Positions 1 to 13,356 of a DNA stretch of 50,202 bases are shown here, in pieces. The stretch lies in the NCBI GenBank assembly GCA_003344405.1, contig NOWV01000220.1, positions 62,001 to 112,202 of the forward strand, written 5' to 3'. Source of the DNA: Trichoplax sp. H2. Its lineage: Eukaryota. The notes beneath the pieces were generated by a model that worked only from the letters and a program-made list of their open reading frames with translations, ran no database searches and was not told the origin of the DNA. Each line of letters starts with the position of its first letter. Positions within the stretch are counted from its first letter, which is position 1. The position numbers and the translations under genes were made by a program.

Positions 1-31
1 TTATCAGTTAACTTAATTCAAGTTGACTTAC

Positions 32-3000
32 ACCAAATACTTAGCAAGATCTAAATGATTCAGTTTCATTGGTTCCTCAGTTAACATATGAATTGGAAAT
101 TCGGATAGGGCTATATCGAATAGCTAAAAAATAACTGATGTTAGCGAATAGATCAAAGTATATAATTGCTGTTCATTAATAATATAGTACAGTAATTATA
201 TTAGGCTCTACAGCAGAGGTTAAGTTTATTTGTAATATTATAAATGGAGTATGGTGATGATTAAGATAGATTTGTAGAATTTGATTAGAAATATTTATGA
301 TCGATTCTTATATTTTTTTAACCATTAATTGCCACTATAAATTTTATACGCATAAGTCAAAGTAAAGCAAATATTATATTTGAAATCAAGCTATTTCCAA
401 ATAGTTACAGCAATCCACAATATGGCACATAGGCAACTTTTCTACTAAGAAGGATCAAGCAGATAAAGCTGAATTATCATAGTATAAATTGACAATTAAC
501 TCGTATGTAAACCTGAAAATCGCCGGCATCATTGGCCACTATAAAAATTATATCGTCCCAGTGCCACTGGATATAAATTGGATGATCCTTATAATTTAAT
601 CGTAAATTTTTCAATATGGCATTTTAATCGTTATAAAATAGCATGTTATAAGCCTTAGAGTAGGTCTATAAGTCTATTTTGGAATTATCTCAGATATAAC
701 CTTACCACAGCAGATTTTGTTGCCGATTTGCTTTCACAATTTTCATCATAACATACCTGTAACAAGTTCGTTAGAAAAACTTTTCATTATATGCTGAAAT
801 TTAATATCATATAATATTGCATAAATAAGTAAATCTTACGATAGTTCCGTCATTACAACCAATAATAAATTTGTCTTCTGCATGATTGGGTTGACAGCAA
901 GTAACAAAACCTATATAAGAATTGTTAAAATATGCTTGCCCAGGATGGTACTCACAGTAATCTAATATAATATTTGATAAACGTGCATTACCGGGAACAG
1001 AAATTTTATTTGAGACTGAAAAATTTTCCTAGAATAAGATTTAGATTCGAGACAGATAAATTGATCAATATTAAATGAAGGATAATTCATACATTTTCCC
1101 TATCCTAGGTAATATATCTTACCTCGTCCTTACTAAGGTCATTTATATGTCGTTCTATAATATTTTCATCAGCTTGTGTTTCCATTGTGATAAATTGATC
1201 AAATTTTACAGCACTAAATTAGAATATTCCTTCGTCAGATTATTTATCAAGTCAAACATGAATTCGATGCGTAATACTAAGCATGTAATTTCATCCTTTA
1301 AAAACATAAAACTAAAACAATAAGATTTATGGATATAAAAATACGGAATCGCTAGCTAACATACCTAAAATATACACTCAGAGGATTACCAATAGTTCGA
1401 TACGTACGAGTAATTTGTATCGGAGGCTGAGAAGATCTGATTAAGAGTTATATGTTCTCTTGATCAGTTCCATTGTAAAATATTTATGTAATGAATAGTG
1501 CTAACATTACAATCTATTGTACCTATTAATGGAGCCTGCAATTATGTTCTCTTGATGTGTGGTAACATCGTTATGAGCTCGAGAATTATAGTCGGGAGAT
1601 GGCCACCATACTATAAACTATTTGATAAAATCCATCACAAATACATTTTTAACATTAAGGAGTTTATTATATCTAAGTTTCTTACAAACTAGCGTATAGT
1701 ATTGGAAATAAGATGCTTATTATGCCTTTGTTAGAATTACCCGGTCTTTAGTCACATTCACAGATAGTTTGGGTTTTACTCCGGCTGGTTTTCCCGGATT
1801 ATAATCTTGAGATAGGAATTGGCACTTGAGAAAATTGGATTAGACGAATGTATAACATATGTGTTATTTATAACGAACGACTAATGTACAAAATGATATT
1901 AATCTATGTCAATCAAGTTAATTGAGTATGAGTTAATGCTTTTATTACCTTGGGATCAAATGCTGATAATTTTTCAAGTTTTTTCATCTCAGTTACACAC
2001 TTGTGAAGTACCAGTGTTAACTTCGATTTATCGACGTGTAGAATTAGCAAATAATCATTTCCAATGCTAACTAAAGTATAATAATAAATAAATCTGTGTG
2101 TTAAAGATGTCATCATTACACTTACGATACTGCTTTTGGTAGCGTAGCCATACGCTGGTAAGCATTCTGTATTAGTAATTACGACTATTATCACCTACCA
2201 TCGCTTATTTGGTCTCCATGTAATTTACTGACTAAGGTTTTATCGATTAAAATCTGTTCAACATCAGGGCAATGTTGAGCAGTTAAGAACGATATCATAA
2301 TCCCATTGCTCAAGATTACCTAGAATCCATGTTGAGTAAATTGTCATAAAAATAAAGAAAGATTAACAATTAGAATTTGCTAATCATAAAGTAATAAAAA
2401 TATTTTTACTACTAGTCCGGTTGAATTAACCACTTATTTATTATTCTTCGTTATAGTATCAATAAATGAAATGTTTAAATCAATCTAAATAATAAACTTT
2501 GCAAATGTTAAATAATTGCAAAGTAATTTAGCTATGCATTTATAGCATAAGTGAATATAGGTAATATTCAAATCGATTGTATGGATTGTTTGTAATTAAT
2601 ATTAATACCGCTTTAACTTACTAAAATTAGATGATCGCTTCTCCAATGAACGTGAACGGGTTGATGGTTTGCCATGAGTTCCTACAAAACAATGAAAAAT
2701 ATCGATAAACCATAACAGCATGATCATTTGCAGGCCATTCATCATATAATATATGATCGTAACTAGACTTGTTTTAATGTATTGCCATGATGACTTTCCA
2801 TGTACTATATGATACAATTATTAAGTTAAATATAAGGCTCTAGCTTTTTATTACTCAAGAAAAATCTACGAATATAGGTAATGGATATATATGATAATTC
2901 AGGTTTCCTGTGCTCGCGTCTCGTTGTACTCGCTCAACATTCATCTCTTCTGATTAACTAGCAGTTGGCTTTCTGATTGTGTTATAACTGATAAATAATC

Positions 3001-4398
3001 CACTTGACGCAAGCAAATAATAATATAAGCAAATATTTAAAAGGTTTTTACCAGTGATTCTCTTAAGTGATCTCTGATTTTTTTCCCCTGACTTTTAAGA
3101 AACCAGGTTATGTCTCGACCTACATTTACAGTAAGACCAAATCAATCATTTTCACAGGTAGATAGACGTGAAGTATGTATATGCGAGTTTAAGTAGATAA
3201 TAATTTCTCAATTATTTTAATTAAGCCAACGGTTCTTACTCTCTGCCCAATGCCTTCTATAATCCAGATACGATTCATCTGATTGACCTTTAGCGGGAGT
3301 GATACATAATTATTAAGTAACATTCAATTATCATAGTAATATATTTTTGATATATTTATGTATAAATTAAACGCAAGCTGAAATATCGACTAGGCCTTCT
3401 TTACATGTGAGTAATGATTAAGCTACAGATGATCGACGATCAGAAGTAACTCTAGTTTTTAAACTGGCAGATTGGCATTAATTAATAGTGAAGCCATCCT
3501 AGATAATCTTTACTCTAGAAAGGTTTACTTTACAGTAGATTCAGTAAATTGTTTCTATTTTAAAGGATAAGAATATTTAATTCGAAGAATTATCTTATCC
3601 AATTAGCGCCGCAACTGCAAAGTTGGGAATGCTACAAGATGAAACACCTTGTGGTATGAAAACTATAACTATCAGTATCCAATACTTTTAGTAGGCTATT
3701 TAATCATCATTAACGTTATACGATTCTTGATGCTCCGGTATTTTCAAATGACTGCAATTTTATTATCAGTCCTAATTATTTGAAGATATTAATATCTGAT
3801 AAATCTTTACCTGAGCTCTTATCATGATAATAATGAATCCCTGTCGTAAGGCCTATAATGAATTGATGATGTAAACACCGCTGTGAGTTATCGACCAGAA
3901 ATAATGCTCTAATCAAAGTATCTTTTCTATCATAGTTATCATTTTCGGCTTGACTAATAAGTAGCTTTATTGCAAGCACTCTATTCTACTGTGTGCCCTA
4001 TTTCTTCGTTACTAAAAATATCATGATTACTAGAATCAAAGTTATTACTCATAGTTAACAGAACCGTATTTTGAAGATTTATCTCGACTGTATTAAGGAT
4101 ACACTTTCACTGTAATTGACGATGTATACGAAATAGTAATCCATCTGATGAAAGCTACGCAAATATACAGAAACTATTAGTTCTCAGATTAACAAAATAC
4201 TATTCGGTTTTGTTGGTATACAGATCGTACACTGTACACTAATTAATTTGTGATTACGATTTCCAGCTTTCGATGTAGAAAATGTATCAATCAAAGTAAT
4301 TTAAGTTATCGCAGTTTGAAGAATATTATCAAAATTGACTTACTAGATGCTAAACAGCGCTGACTCCAGACAAATAAATTGGCTAACAACGATGCCAT
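32..4398 (-). CDS. WDPCP: WD repeat-containing and planar cell polarity effector protein Fritz homolog (CPLANE subunit); 5' part only, gene continues past position 1
   Basis: 16 phase-consistent GT-AG exons on the minus strand: 4398-4344, 3852-3811, 3287-3240, 3119-3052, 2681-2622, 2319-2199, 2070-1949, 1824-1741, 1617-1523, 1436-1365, 1213-1123, 1028-992, 910-840, 756-706, 587-513, 123-32 (1184 nt, ~394 codons). The translation follows vertebrate WDPCP in order, compared from memory: MASLLANLFVWS; GIHYYHDK; WAESRDITWFLK..IRDHLRE; ELMANH; ILIDKTLVSKLHGDQISD; KKLEKLSAFDPK; LSVNVTKDRFIVWWP; RTIGNPLSVYFS; CCQPNHAEDKFIIGCNDGTI; QWHWDDIIFIVANDAGDFQLFDIALS. Confidence 0.9.
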
Positions 4399-4717
4399 AC
4401 TAAGAATTATAATGGTGGTTACAATGTTGAGCTATCTAAGCCAATTCGATCATAACAGTTATTATTTACTCAAATTTTCGTAAATAACGCATTGATGTTG
4501 ATGATTTACGTCAAACAGACTTAAATACTGTTCACTATTCGTATGTATCTATCGCTAGTACGTCGAAAGGAATTTATATACGCTTTAGAATATAGAAAAT
4601 GGCAGTTGATTGCGTATCGCTAGTTGCTAAGCTATAGTTAACGGTGTATCAATTGAATTGAGTCATTTTTCATAAAAATGATTCAAATACGTAAAAAATA
4701 ACGGTATTGGAAGAAGT

Positions 4718-4789
4718 GGCTCAGTGGTCTAGTGGCATGATTCGCGCTTTGGGTGCGCGAGGTCACGGGTTCGATTCCCGTCTGAGCCC
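4718..4789 (+). tRNA. tRNA-Pro (anticodon TGG)
   Basis: 72-nt cloverleaf: acceptor stem GGCTCAG/CTGAGCC, A-box TGGTCTAGTGG, anticodon stem CGCGC/GCGCG with loop TT-TGG-GT (anticodon 4750-4752), T stem ACGGG/CCCGT with TTCGATT loop, discriminator C. No intron. Confidence 0.97.
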
Positions 4790-4801
4790 ATTCGGGTATA
4801 C

Positions 4802-4808
4802 TTTTTTT
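4802..4808 (+). terminator. RNA polymerase III terminator (T7 tract) of tRNA-Pro
   Basis: Run of 7 T starting 13 nt after the tRNA 3' end. Confidence 0.8.
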
Positions 4809-5872
4809 CTTTTTAAAAATTGGTGTATAATTAATTAATTAATTTTATTTCGTAGCTTTCTCGATGTTGTTGCCCTCTGGATTGAGATAGAATAGCTGAA
4901 TAAATATTGGTAAAGAATTGCGGAGCAGACCTCTTTGTACTTGATTGAGTTGTAGCTCACAATAGGATAACGTCTTATCTGGTACTGCAGAAATGATCAT
5001 TGCTATTTAAATATTGCTTATTTACTAGACTTCAATAACGTTTTAGAAACTATAGAAAAGATATGGAACAGCAAAATCGTGATCAGATCATGACAGCAAC
5101 TTAATCGATATTCTGATGCAGAAATAATCTGTTCCATAATTTATAAATAGAGATGATGATTTATCAGAGAAATCTAAGCATCTCTCTGTACACTTTACAT
5201 TCTACTTTAAGTAAGTCAATTTTAGGGATGCAGTGATCCTCTATTTTCCACTTCAATGCCAAAAATTACAGAGCAAATAGATGATGAGCTCAGCCTTGTC
5301 TCTACTTATACTGTACCACACAATTAATTTTTAAGGAACAAATATGCTCCTAACATTATCGAACATAATTTCAGAAGTTACTTAGAATTGCATCTAATTG
5401 CTACACATCTTTGTCCAATGCTAAAGTTATTCCTCCTATATCGATTCTTTGTTACACTTTTTGTTCGATCAAAAATGGTACTATTATATTATCAAAGCCA
5501 AAAAAATTCGCATTTCACTATTTTATTAATCATTTGTTACTTTATTAAAAGTCAAAACGTAAATCATCATTACAGCACTATACATGCAATTTATGATATT
5601 GCTACAAATATTTCACGTCAAGCAAAACTTTAATTTTTTAGCTAAATATTTGTAAGCGATGACAAACAAAATCGAAGGTAGTGCTGATATACTATTCATT
5701 TCTTGATATAGAGTAGAGCTTGCGCGTAAACATAAGAATCCAATTTTGAAAGTATTTCAGCCATATAATTAGAAGCTCAATTTAATAGCTCAAGGCGTTA
5801 TATGAGGAGTATATAATACAAGTAATTTAACAGTAAGGTTAAGCGTACAATTAGAAGCTTATATTAGCTTAA

Positions 5873-8695
5873 CTATCGTCTTCTAGAGCCGCCACCAGCA
5901 GCTAAGATTGTTGCAATGCGTATAAAGATATTGATGATATCCATGTAAACACCGATTGACCTATTCACATTTAAAAAATTGCCGATCAACAATAGTACAA
6001 GTAGGACGTATTAAAACACGATTTAAATTTTACGTACTCATTGATAGGATCATATTTGACCGGATGATATAAAGAGTGTGTCTCGGCCTTTTTGACCAGT
6101 TTTTGTGTATCGTAAAGAAGTAATCCACCAAATACGAGTAACCCACCGTATAATGAAATAGAATACAAGCCAGCGCCAAGCATGCCAGTTGCAGGGATGA
6201 AAGCAGAGCCTAAAATAACATGATGCAATGGTAAAAATATGTAAACTCGTCGCATGTTAGTCTACTGTACACATTTAAGGTATCGCTTTATAATTTCAAA
6301 ATATATATATATATATGTCGCCCTACCAATCGATGCCATGCAAACGCCTCCTAAAGCCAAGCCAAGTGGGCCACCCCAAGTCAAGAATTTTTCGCTCGGC
6401 GCACAGGCAGCGATCATGGATAAGCCACCTACTACACCGCCTGTTATAGCGGCTGCGCGCATTAACAAAGGTCCACCCATGAACATTAGTGGAGAAAGCA
6501 CAAATCCTATAGTACCAGTATGAACAAGCCAAGCAAGATGTTTGGTATTCAATAGTCCTTCCTGGTATGGCATCGATTGGCATATATAAGCGGTGCCAAT
6601 CATTGCAGCTAAGCTGCCACCGATAGCCTACAGTAAGAATTAGAAAGGACATATAGAATAAATGCATTATAGCGTTTTTCTATGAATCTACACTATACGG
6701 AAACTATCAGTGAGACGAACTTGAAAAAAATCTTATAAAAACTATACAAAAATATTATACTTTTGACACAATAAGTTGATTTCCTAGTGTCTACTATTGG
6801 GAAGCAGTTAACAGAAATGTTCAAGGTAGTGTACTAAGTACCAATGGTACGATTAGCTAGTTTGAACGTCTAATTAACTACTGTACATAATTGTTACGGT
6901 AATCTTACCAAGAGTGGGTTTGCTGTCATAAATTTGTATGCGAATCTCGTCCGGTACAGTGATGCAGCAGATGCTGCTGTTACTCCTAGTCCAACCATCA
7001 AGTGGCCGTAGCTAGCCTTAATACGATCACGAACATATTGCGGCCAAATCCTGGTCATAGTAAAACGTTGGAATGTTTTAAATATTTTTAAAATAATTTA
7101 CTGGATGTCTAACATCAACTGATTATTATTTTATAAGGTGTAAAAAACTAAAATCCTATCAAGATTTAATATACAGAATACTAAATTCCGACGGTCGTAC
7201 TTTTCTTCTGTGGCTTAAATGCAGTACACTATCGAATATAATTCCCAGTAAAAAGTGTCCAGTACGTATATACGGGTATACTATAGTTAGTTTTGAATTG
7301 AACCATTTATTCTTTATTACTAATAACTAAAACTATAAAGGACGTAATTGTAGTAGCATTCTGTAATAAATGCAGTGCTCAATAAACGCAGTTCTGCATC
7401 TTATCACTGATATAATATTATACTCTGTAAACAATAAGCTGGTTGGGATACATATAAATTACCGTACGTATAAAATTAGTTATCGATAGAGAGACAAGAC
7501 CATGACACGGATTACTCGATTAATTTGGCAATTTATAGTATGGTATGCTAGACCGTTTACATACTTATTGTGAACTAATGTAGGTCTAAGGACTTACGCC
7601 ATTTTATCGATTGCTCCAATCTGATTTGATAATCCCAGTCCGTAGTAGCATAATGCTCCAATACCTGCTGCACTGGCACCTGCCACTGCCAATAGTCCAT
7701 ACTTTCCAGCTAGATTGAAGGAAAGAGAAGTTAGTACTATTCGATCATCAATAGTATAGGCGTTATAATTATCCATTATTTTTTAACGGGTGCAGTAGTA
7801 AGCTACTAAATATGAAGAGTAAATGAGTATGGAAATTCAACAAGTTGATATCAATAAAAGACGTTCTGTTTCATACATTTATTGTACGGATATTTTTTTA
7901 AATTTTACCAGCGATTTTAGGATTTCTAGCTTCCAGCCCAGTCTACTTAACTTATAATAAGATATGGACACTACATCAGATTACTATTGATAATTTCTGT
8001 ACTTTTCTACTAACACAGTCCATGAAGCATAAATGGAGTATGGATGACGTAATATTGCGGCTTCATGAAGTGTACTATACGACGTATGCGAGATATCATT
8101 TGATCAGGCATCCATCCCAGGCAGGTTGTAGAACTACATTAAATAGTAAAATCCCGAAAATGAATGTATTTCGATTTTGTTTAAATTATACATTTACTTT
8201 GGGTTACTACGTTCCGCACGTATTGATAATAACAAGTAAATGTTCAGTGGGAAATGACGATTGACCAAGAGATCAGACAACAAACGTTGTGTCCATCTGT
8301 GGTAGTTTACAGTACTTCAGGGCTATGAATTGTTATGAGTTTATGATCACTGGTAGCTATTCATTCACCATTTTAAGCGATTCAACGGATGATCAGGAAA
8401 ATGGATGCAAAGGTACATAAAATGACGAACAAGAGTAAATTAATTCCGTTTTCTTTTCTATCGATAGATAGAAAATCAACCAGCCTACGTATCACTTACA
8501 TGACGCAAAAGCGCTCTCTTCAGACGCAATTTTAGTTCTACGAACAGCTCTTTTAAGAGTACTGACACGACTTCTTGAGGTTACATTGCGAGCTGGAACC
8601 AGTCGAGTTTTTAATTGAGAATTGCGAATTGCATAGGCTGAGTTGGAAAACCCAGTAAATCTTGTTAACTTGACGACACGAAAGATTGTCGACAT
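5873..8695 (-). CDS. GHITM: Growth hormone-inducible transmembrane protein (GHITM/TMBIM5/MICS1), mitochondrial BI-1 family, 336 aa
   Basis: Six phase-consistent GT-AG exons: 8695-8500, 7709-7598, 7050-6909, 6627-6327, 6209-6038, 5960-5873 (1011 nt, ATG to TAG). Arg/Ser-rich N-terminal mitochondrial presequence, then hallmark motifs GIGALCYYGLGLS, IWPQYVRDRI, KHLAW, GGPLLMRAA, ACAPSEKFLTWGGPL, LLYDTQK, YDPINESIGVYMDIINIFIRIA, and C-terminal GGGSRRR. Confidence 0.96.
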
Positions 8696-8765
8696 TCTCA
8701 CGAAAAATGGAGGAACACTGCGTAACGTAGACTACGCATGACTGACTTCACTCTCGAACTACAGT

Positions 8766-8814
8766 GTACAGTGTACAGTACGTATTGTAACAAATACTGT
8801 ACTGTACACTGTAC
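8766..8814. repeat. Inverted repeat built from TACAGT/ACTGTA units, 70-120 bp upstream of the GHITM ATG
   Basis: GTACAGTGTACAGTAC (8766-8781) is the exact reverse complement of GTACTGTACACTGTAC (8799-8814). Confidence 0.8.
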
Positions 8815-9528
8815 TGTACTTGTATTAGTAAAATCATTGAATCCGAATCCAATCTTGAGGATAAATCTTTCTTCAGTACAGTACACTATAAGATGCTATC
8901 CTCCGGAGTATCTTCAATTATAATAGTGCTCTTTAGCAGTGTACATCTCTCTCTCTAAGCTTCTTAGCTATTATATTCCCTGATTTTGTACTGTAACTGT
9001 CTCTGTATTCTCGGTTTGTCTTATAATAAACCTCATTAACCTATCTGCCTTCGTGTTTACTGAACCCGAAACGTTACAAAGTACAGTAGAGTAAATATTC
9101 ATCATGACTGTATGATGTATAGTACTGGGTAGGGGATGTGGAAAATAAATTAGGCAGTCTATCATTTTCTATTCATTTCCACTCGACGTTATGACTGAAA
9201 GCGTATACCATACTGTACAAAATCAACCAAGCAGCTAACAGACAGTATGAACACATCAATGTTGATAAAATAAGAATTTTGGACATCATGTCTTCCATAG
9301 AACTTAGGAACTCGTTTACGACAGGGATATACTAACCATCAATTAACTATTTATTGATCATAGCATAATGGTGCTATGCAGACAACAGTGTCCACTATAC
9401 TGTACACGTACACTCCAGGTAATACTCCTGACTTTTCTAGAAAGATCGACGTAATGACTGATATTGTACTGTATGTACATTCGTCTGATGATTAAGGCTG
9501 AAGTTAACAGTGAGTACAGAATCATACT

Positions 9529-9699
9529 GTACAGTATCAGCCAGATGCCGAATTCAAACTCAAACGTCCAATTCATCAATCAGGTTATTTGCAAATCGTG
9601 AAAGCTTTAAGACCCTGAGGTACAGTATCAGCCAGACGTCTAGTTCAGACTCCAACGTCAAATTCGCAATTTAGGTCATTTGCAAATCGCGAAAGTTTT
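9529..9699. repeat. Diverged tandem duplication (period 91 bp) in the GHITM-GST divergent intergenic region
   Basis: GTACAGTATCAGCCAGA starts at 9529 and 9620. Both copies continue through TTCA(A/G)ACTC(A/C)AACGTC and the palindrome ATTTGCAAAT followed by CG(T/C)GAAAG. Confidence 0.85.
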
Positions 9700-9789
9700 T
9701 TGGAGAGCGTGAGATTGGTACAGAAAGCATATGCAAGCGCAAGACAACCATTATCTTGTGGAGTGGCCAATGAGAGCACGCTTCTGATT

Positions 9790-9799
9790 GTCATGTGAC
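9790..9799. promoter_or_regulatory. M-box/CLEAR-like E-box (MiT/TFE or USF type)
   Basis: GTCATGTGAC lies ~360 bp upstream of the GST1 ATG, near a CCAAT at 9767-9771. Motif match only. Confidence 0.35.
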
Positions 9800-9947
9800 C
9801 CGTCTTGAGCACGGGTCAGCGTTTTGATACCCCAAAACGTTAAGGTCAAACCATGGAGGTTACTGTCATAATAAGAACAACAACAAATACGCGTCATACT
9901 TTTCACCTCATAATGATATAACATGACACGTTGGCTGTACAAGTAAT

Positions 9948-9958
9948 TGCACTGTCAT
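9948..9958 (-). promoter_or_regulatory. Putative antioxidant response element (CNC/Nrf-sMaf site)
   Basis: The minus strand reads ATGACAGTGCA followed by ATT, matching RTGACnnnGCA with an AT-rich flank, ~200 bp upstream of the GST1 ATG. Confidence 0.45.
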
Positions 9959-9971
9959 GCTGTTACGGCCC

Positions 9972-10025
9972 ACAGTACTGTACAGCAATGTGCAGTACAA
10001 TGTACTGTACACCGTACAGTACTGT
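9972..10025. repeat. Nested inverted repeat of TACAGT/ACTGTA units, 130-180 bp upstream of the GST1 ATG
   Basis: ACAGTACTGTAC (9972-9983) pairs with GTACAGTACTGT (10014-10025). An inner imperfect palindrome GTGCAGTACA-A-TGTACTGTAC lies between them. Confidence 0.75.
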
Positions 10026-10133
10026 CTTCAGTCAAAGTCAAATAAGTACCGACTTGAACCTTTCATTATTCCATTTCGGCCTGCTTTTGCTAGAGCTATT
10101 AACCCGTTCAATAATTGACAGTATTTAGTCTGA

Positions 10134-12142
<2,009 letters not shown>

Positions 12143-12475
12143 AGAAGCTGTTTCGTAATAGTGTCTACTATTTTCCTAGAGGATGATAGTTATGTAGGGT
12201 AAATTCAATTTTTAAACTATGCAATAATCAATTTTCCACAGCTTATTGGTTATTGGTATCCTGAGAAAGACACTCGTATATGCTTTAATCGAATTCAGCA
12301 TACCTTTTGAGGGTTATCATAGTTTTTGTTGCATTTTGAAATCTCTTTAGTAAGGTTGCCCGTATTAATGGATAGCTGCTAGATAGTATATTTATTACCT
12401 TTGGTAACGTAAAGTAATATCTTTATGTGATTTTGTATTAGGCACTATTACATAGCCAGCAAAAATTTGCGAGTA

Positions 12476-12481
12476 AATAAA
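12476..12481 (+). promoter_or_regulatory. Candidate polyadenylation signal of GST copy 1
   Basis: AATAAA ~330 nt after the stop codon. Confidence 0.4.
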
Positions 12482-12829
12482 CAGCAATTCATCATCAAAT
12501 GTAAAGTGTGAAAGAGGACTTGATTACACGATCGCGTCGGGTTTCGAAACACATTGTAGTTTACTGGGTATAGTGTGCTAGAGAGAACAGCCATGCTTCA
12601 CTTAAACAAAGTACCACTGATATAAAATTGTTTAAAGGTGAAATAAGTTCGATTGGAAACCATTACAAAAATTGTTGACGCTTTGTATGGAAACAACTGA
12701 AATAAGGTGTCATGTCGAACTGTTGAAGTCTGTAGCTGCTGCGCAGCGATGCTCAAATAACCTTGGTTAAGACGGTGCTATCAGCTTATGAAAAGAAGGA
12801 TTTTTACGTCTGCATTTTATATGATACTG

Positions 12830-12852
12830 TATTCTGTACAGTGTACAGAATA
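12830..12852. repeat. Palindrome with TGTACA core ~500 bp upstream of GST2
   Basis: TATTCTGTACA-G-TGTACAGAATA: perfect 11-bp arms with a 1-nt spacer. Confidence 0.75.
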
Positions 12853-13356
12853 GTACTACTAGCTCACAGTCCTAGTTGAAGTAAAGTGATAGCGTGTATA
12901 ACCACACTGTGGTGATTGACTGAGTGCAATCATATTTACCATGTTACATGATGAATTGTAGCGAAAAATGCTCGATACTTTGACAAAATTTGGGCTCCAG
13001 TTTGCAGCAGGGGGCAAATCGCAATACGTAATCGTATAAAATTCTATAGTACTGTCCAGTACAGTAGGATGGACTGCAGCTGCTCCGTAAGAATAAAACT
13101 CGCGCTGAAAAACTGTTTACTTTTAGAGGGGAGGGGTATTGTACAGAATGGTCACATTGGTCAGTCTACGCCTAATCTAAAAGAACATCACAATTCTCAT
13201 CAGCGAGACAAATTATACATCAATGTTGATAGTTTGAGGATAGGTCAGACAAGAAAATTTCAAGTACTTTACGTCAAAACTACTTCGATATCTCCCCTGT
13301 TTACAGCAAACAGCGTCTACTAGTCTTTATCAGAACTTTTACAAATTGATTTCACA

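Noticed and set aside
1075..1692. Plus-strand ORFs 1075-1323 and 1498-1692
   Set aside because: Antisense to WDPCP exons and introns, with no recognisable protein features.
2602..2817. Minus-strand 71-aa ORF
   Set aside because: Overlaps WDPCP exon 2681-2622 in a different frame. The exon frame (ELMANHQPVHVHWRSDHLIL) is the one that fits the splice phases and homology.
4623..4635. Possible RFX X-box (GTTGCTAAGCTAT) upstream of the ciliary gene WDPCP
   Set aside because: Only the 5' half-site matches. The 3' half deviates from RGYAAC at two positions, which is too weak to call.
6300..6316. (AT)n tract in GHITM intron 4, with similar tracts near 16957 and 22740
   Set aside because: Ordinary short microsatellites.
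6254..6667. Overlapping ORFs 6254-6523 (+) and 6323-6667 (-)
   Set aside because: Antisense and alternative-frame shadows of GHITM exon 4.
8698..10128. Several 60-73 aa Cys/Thr/Val/Tyr-rich ORFs between GHITM and GST1
   Set aside because: By-products of the TACAGT/ACTGTA repeats in promoter DNA, with no coding signature.
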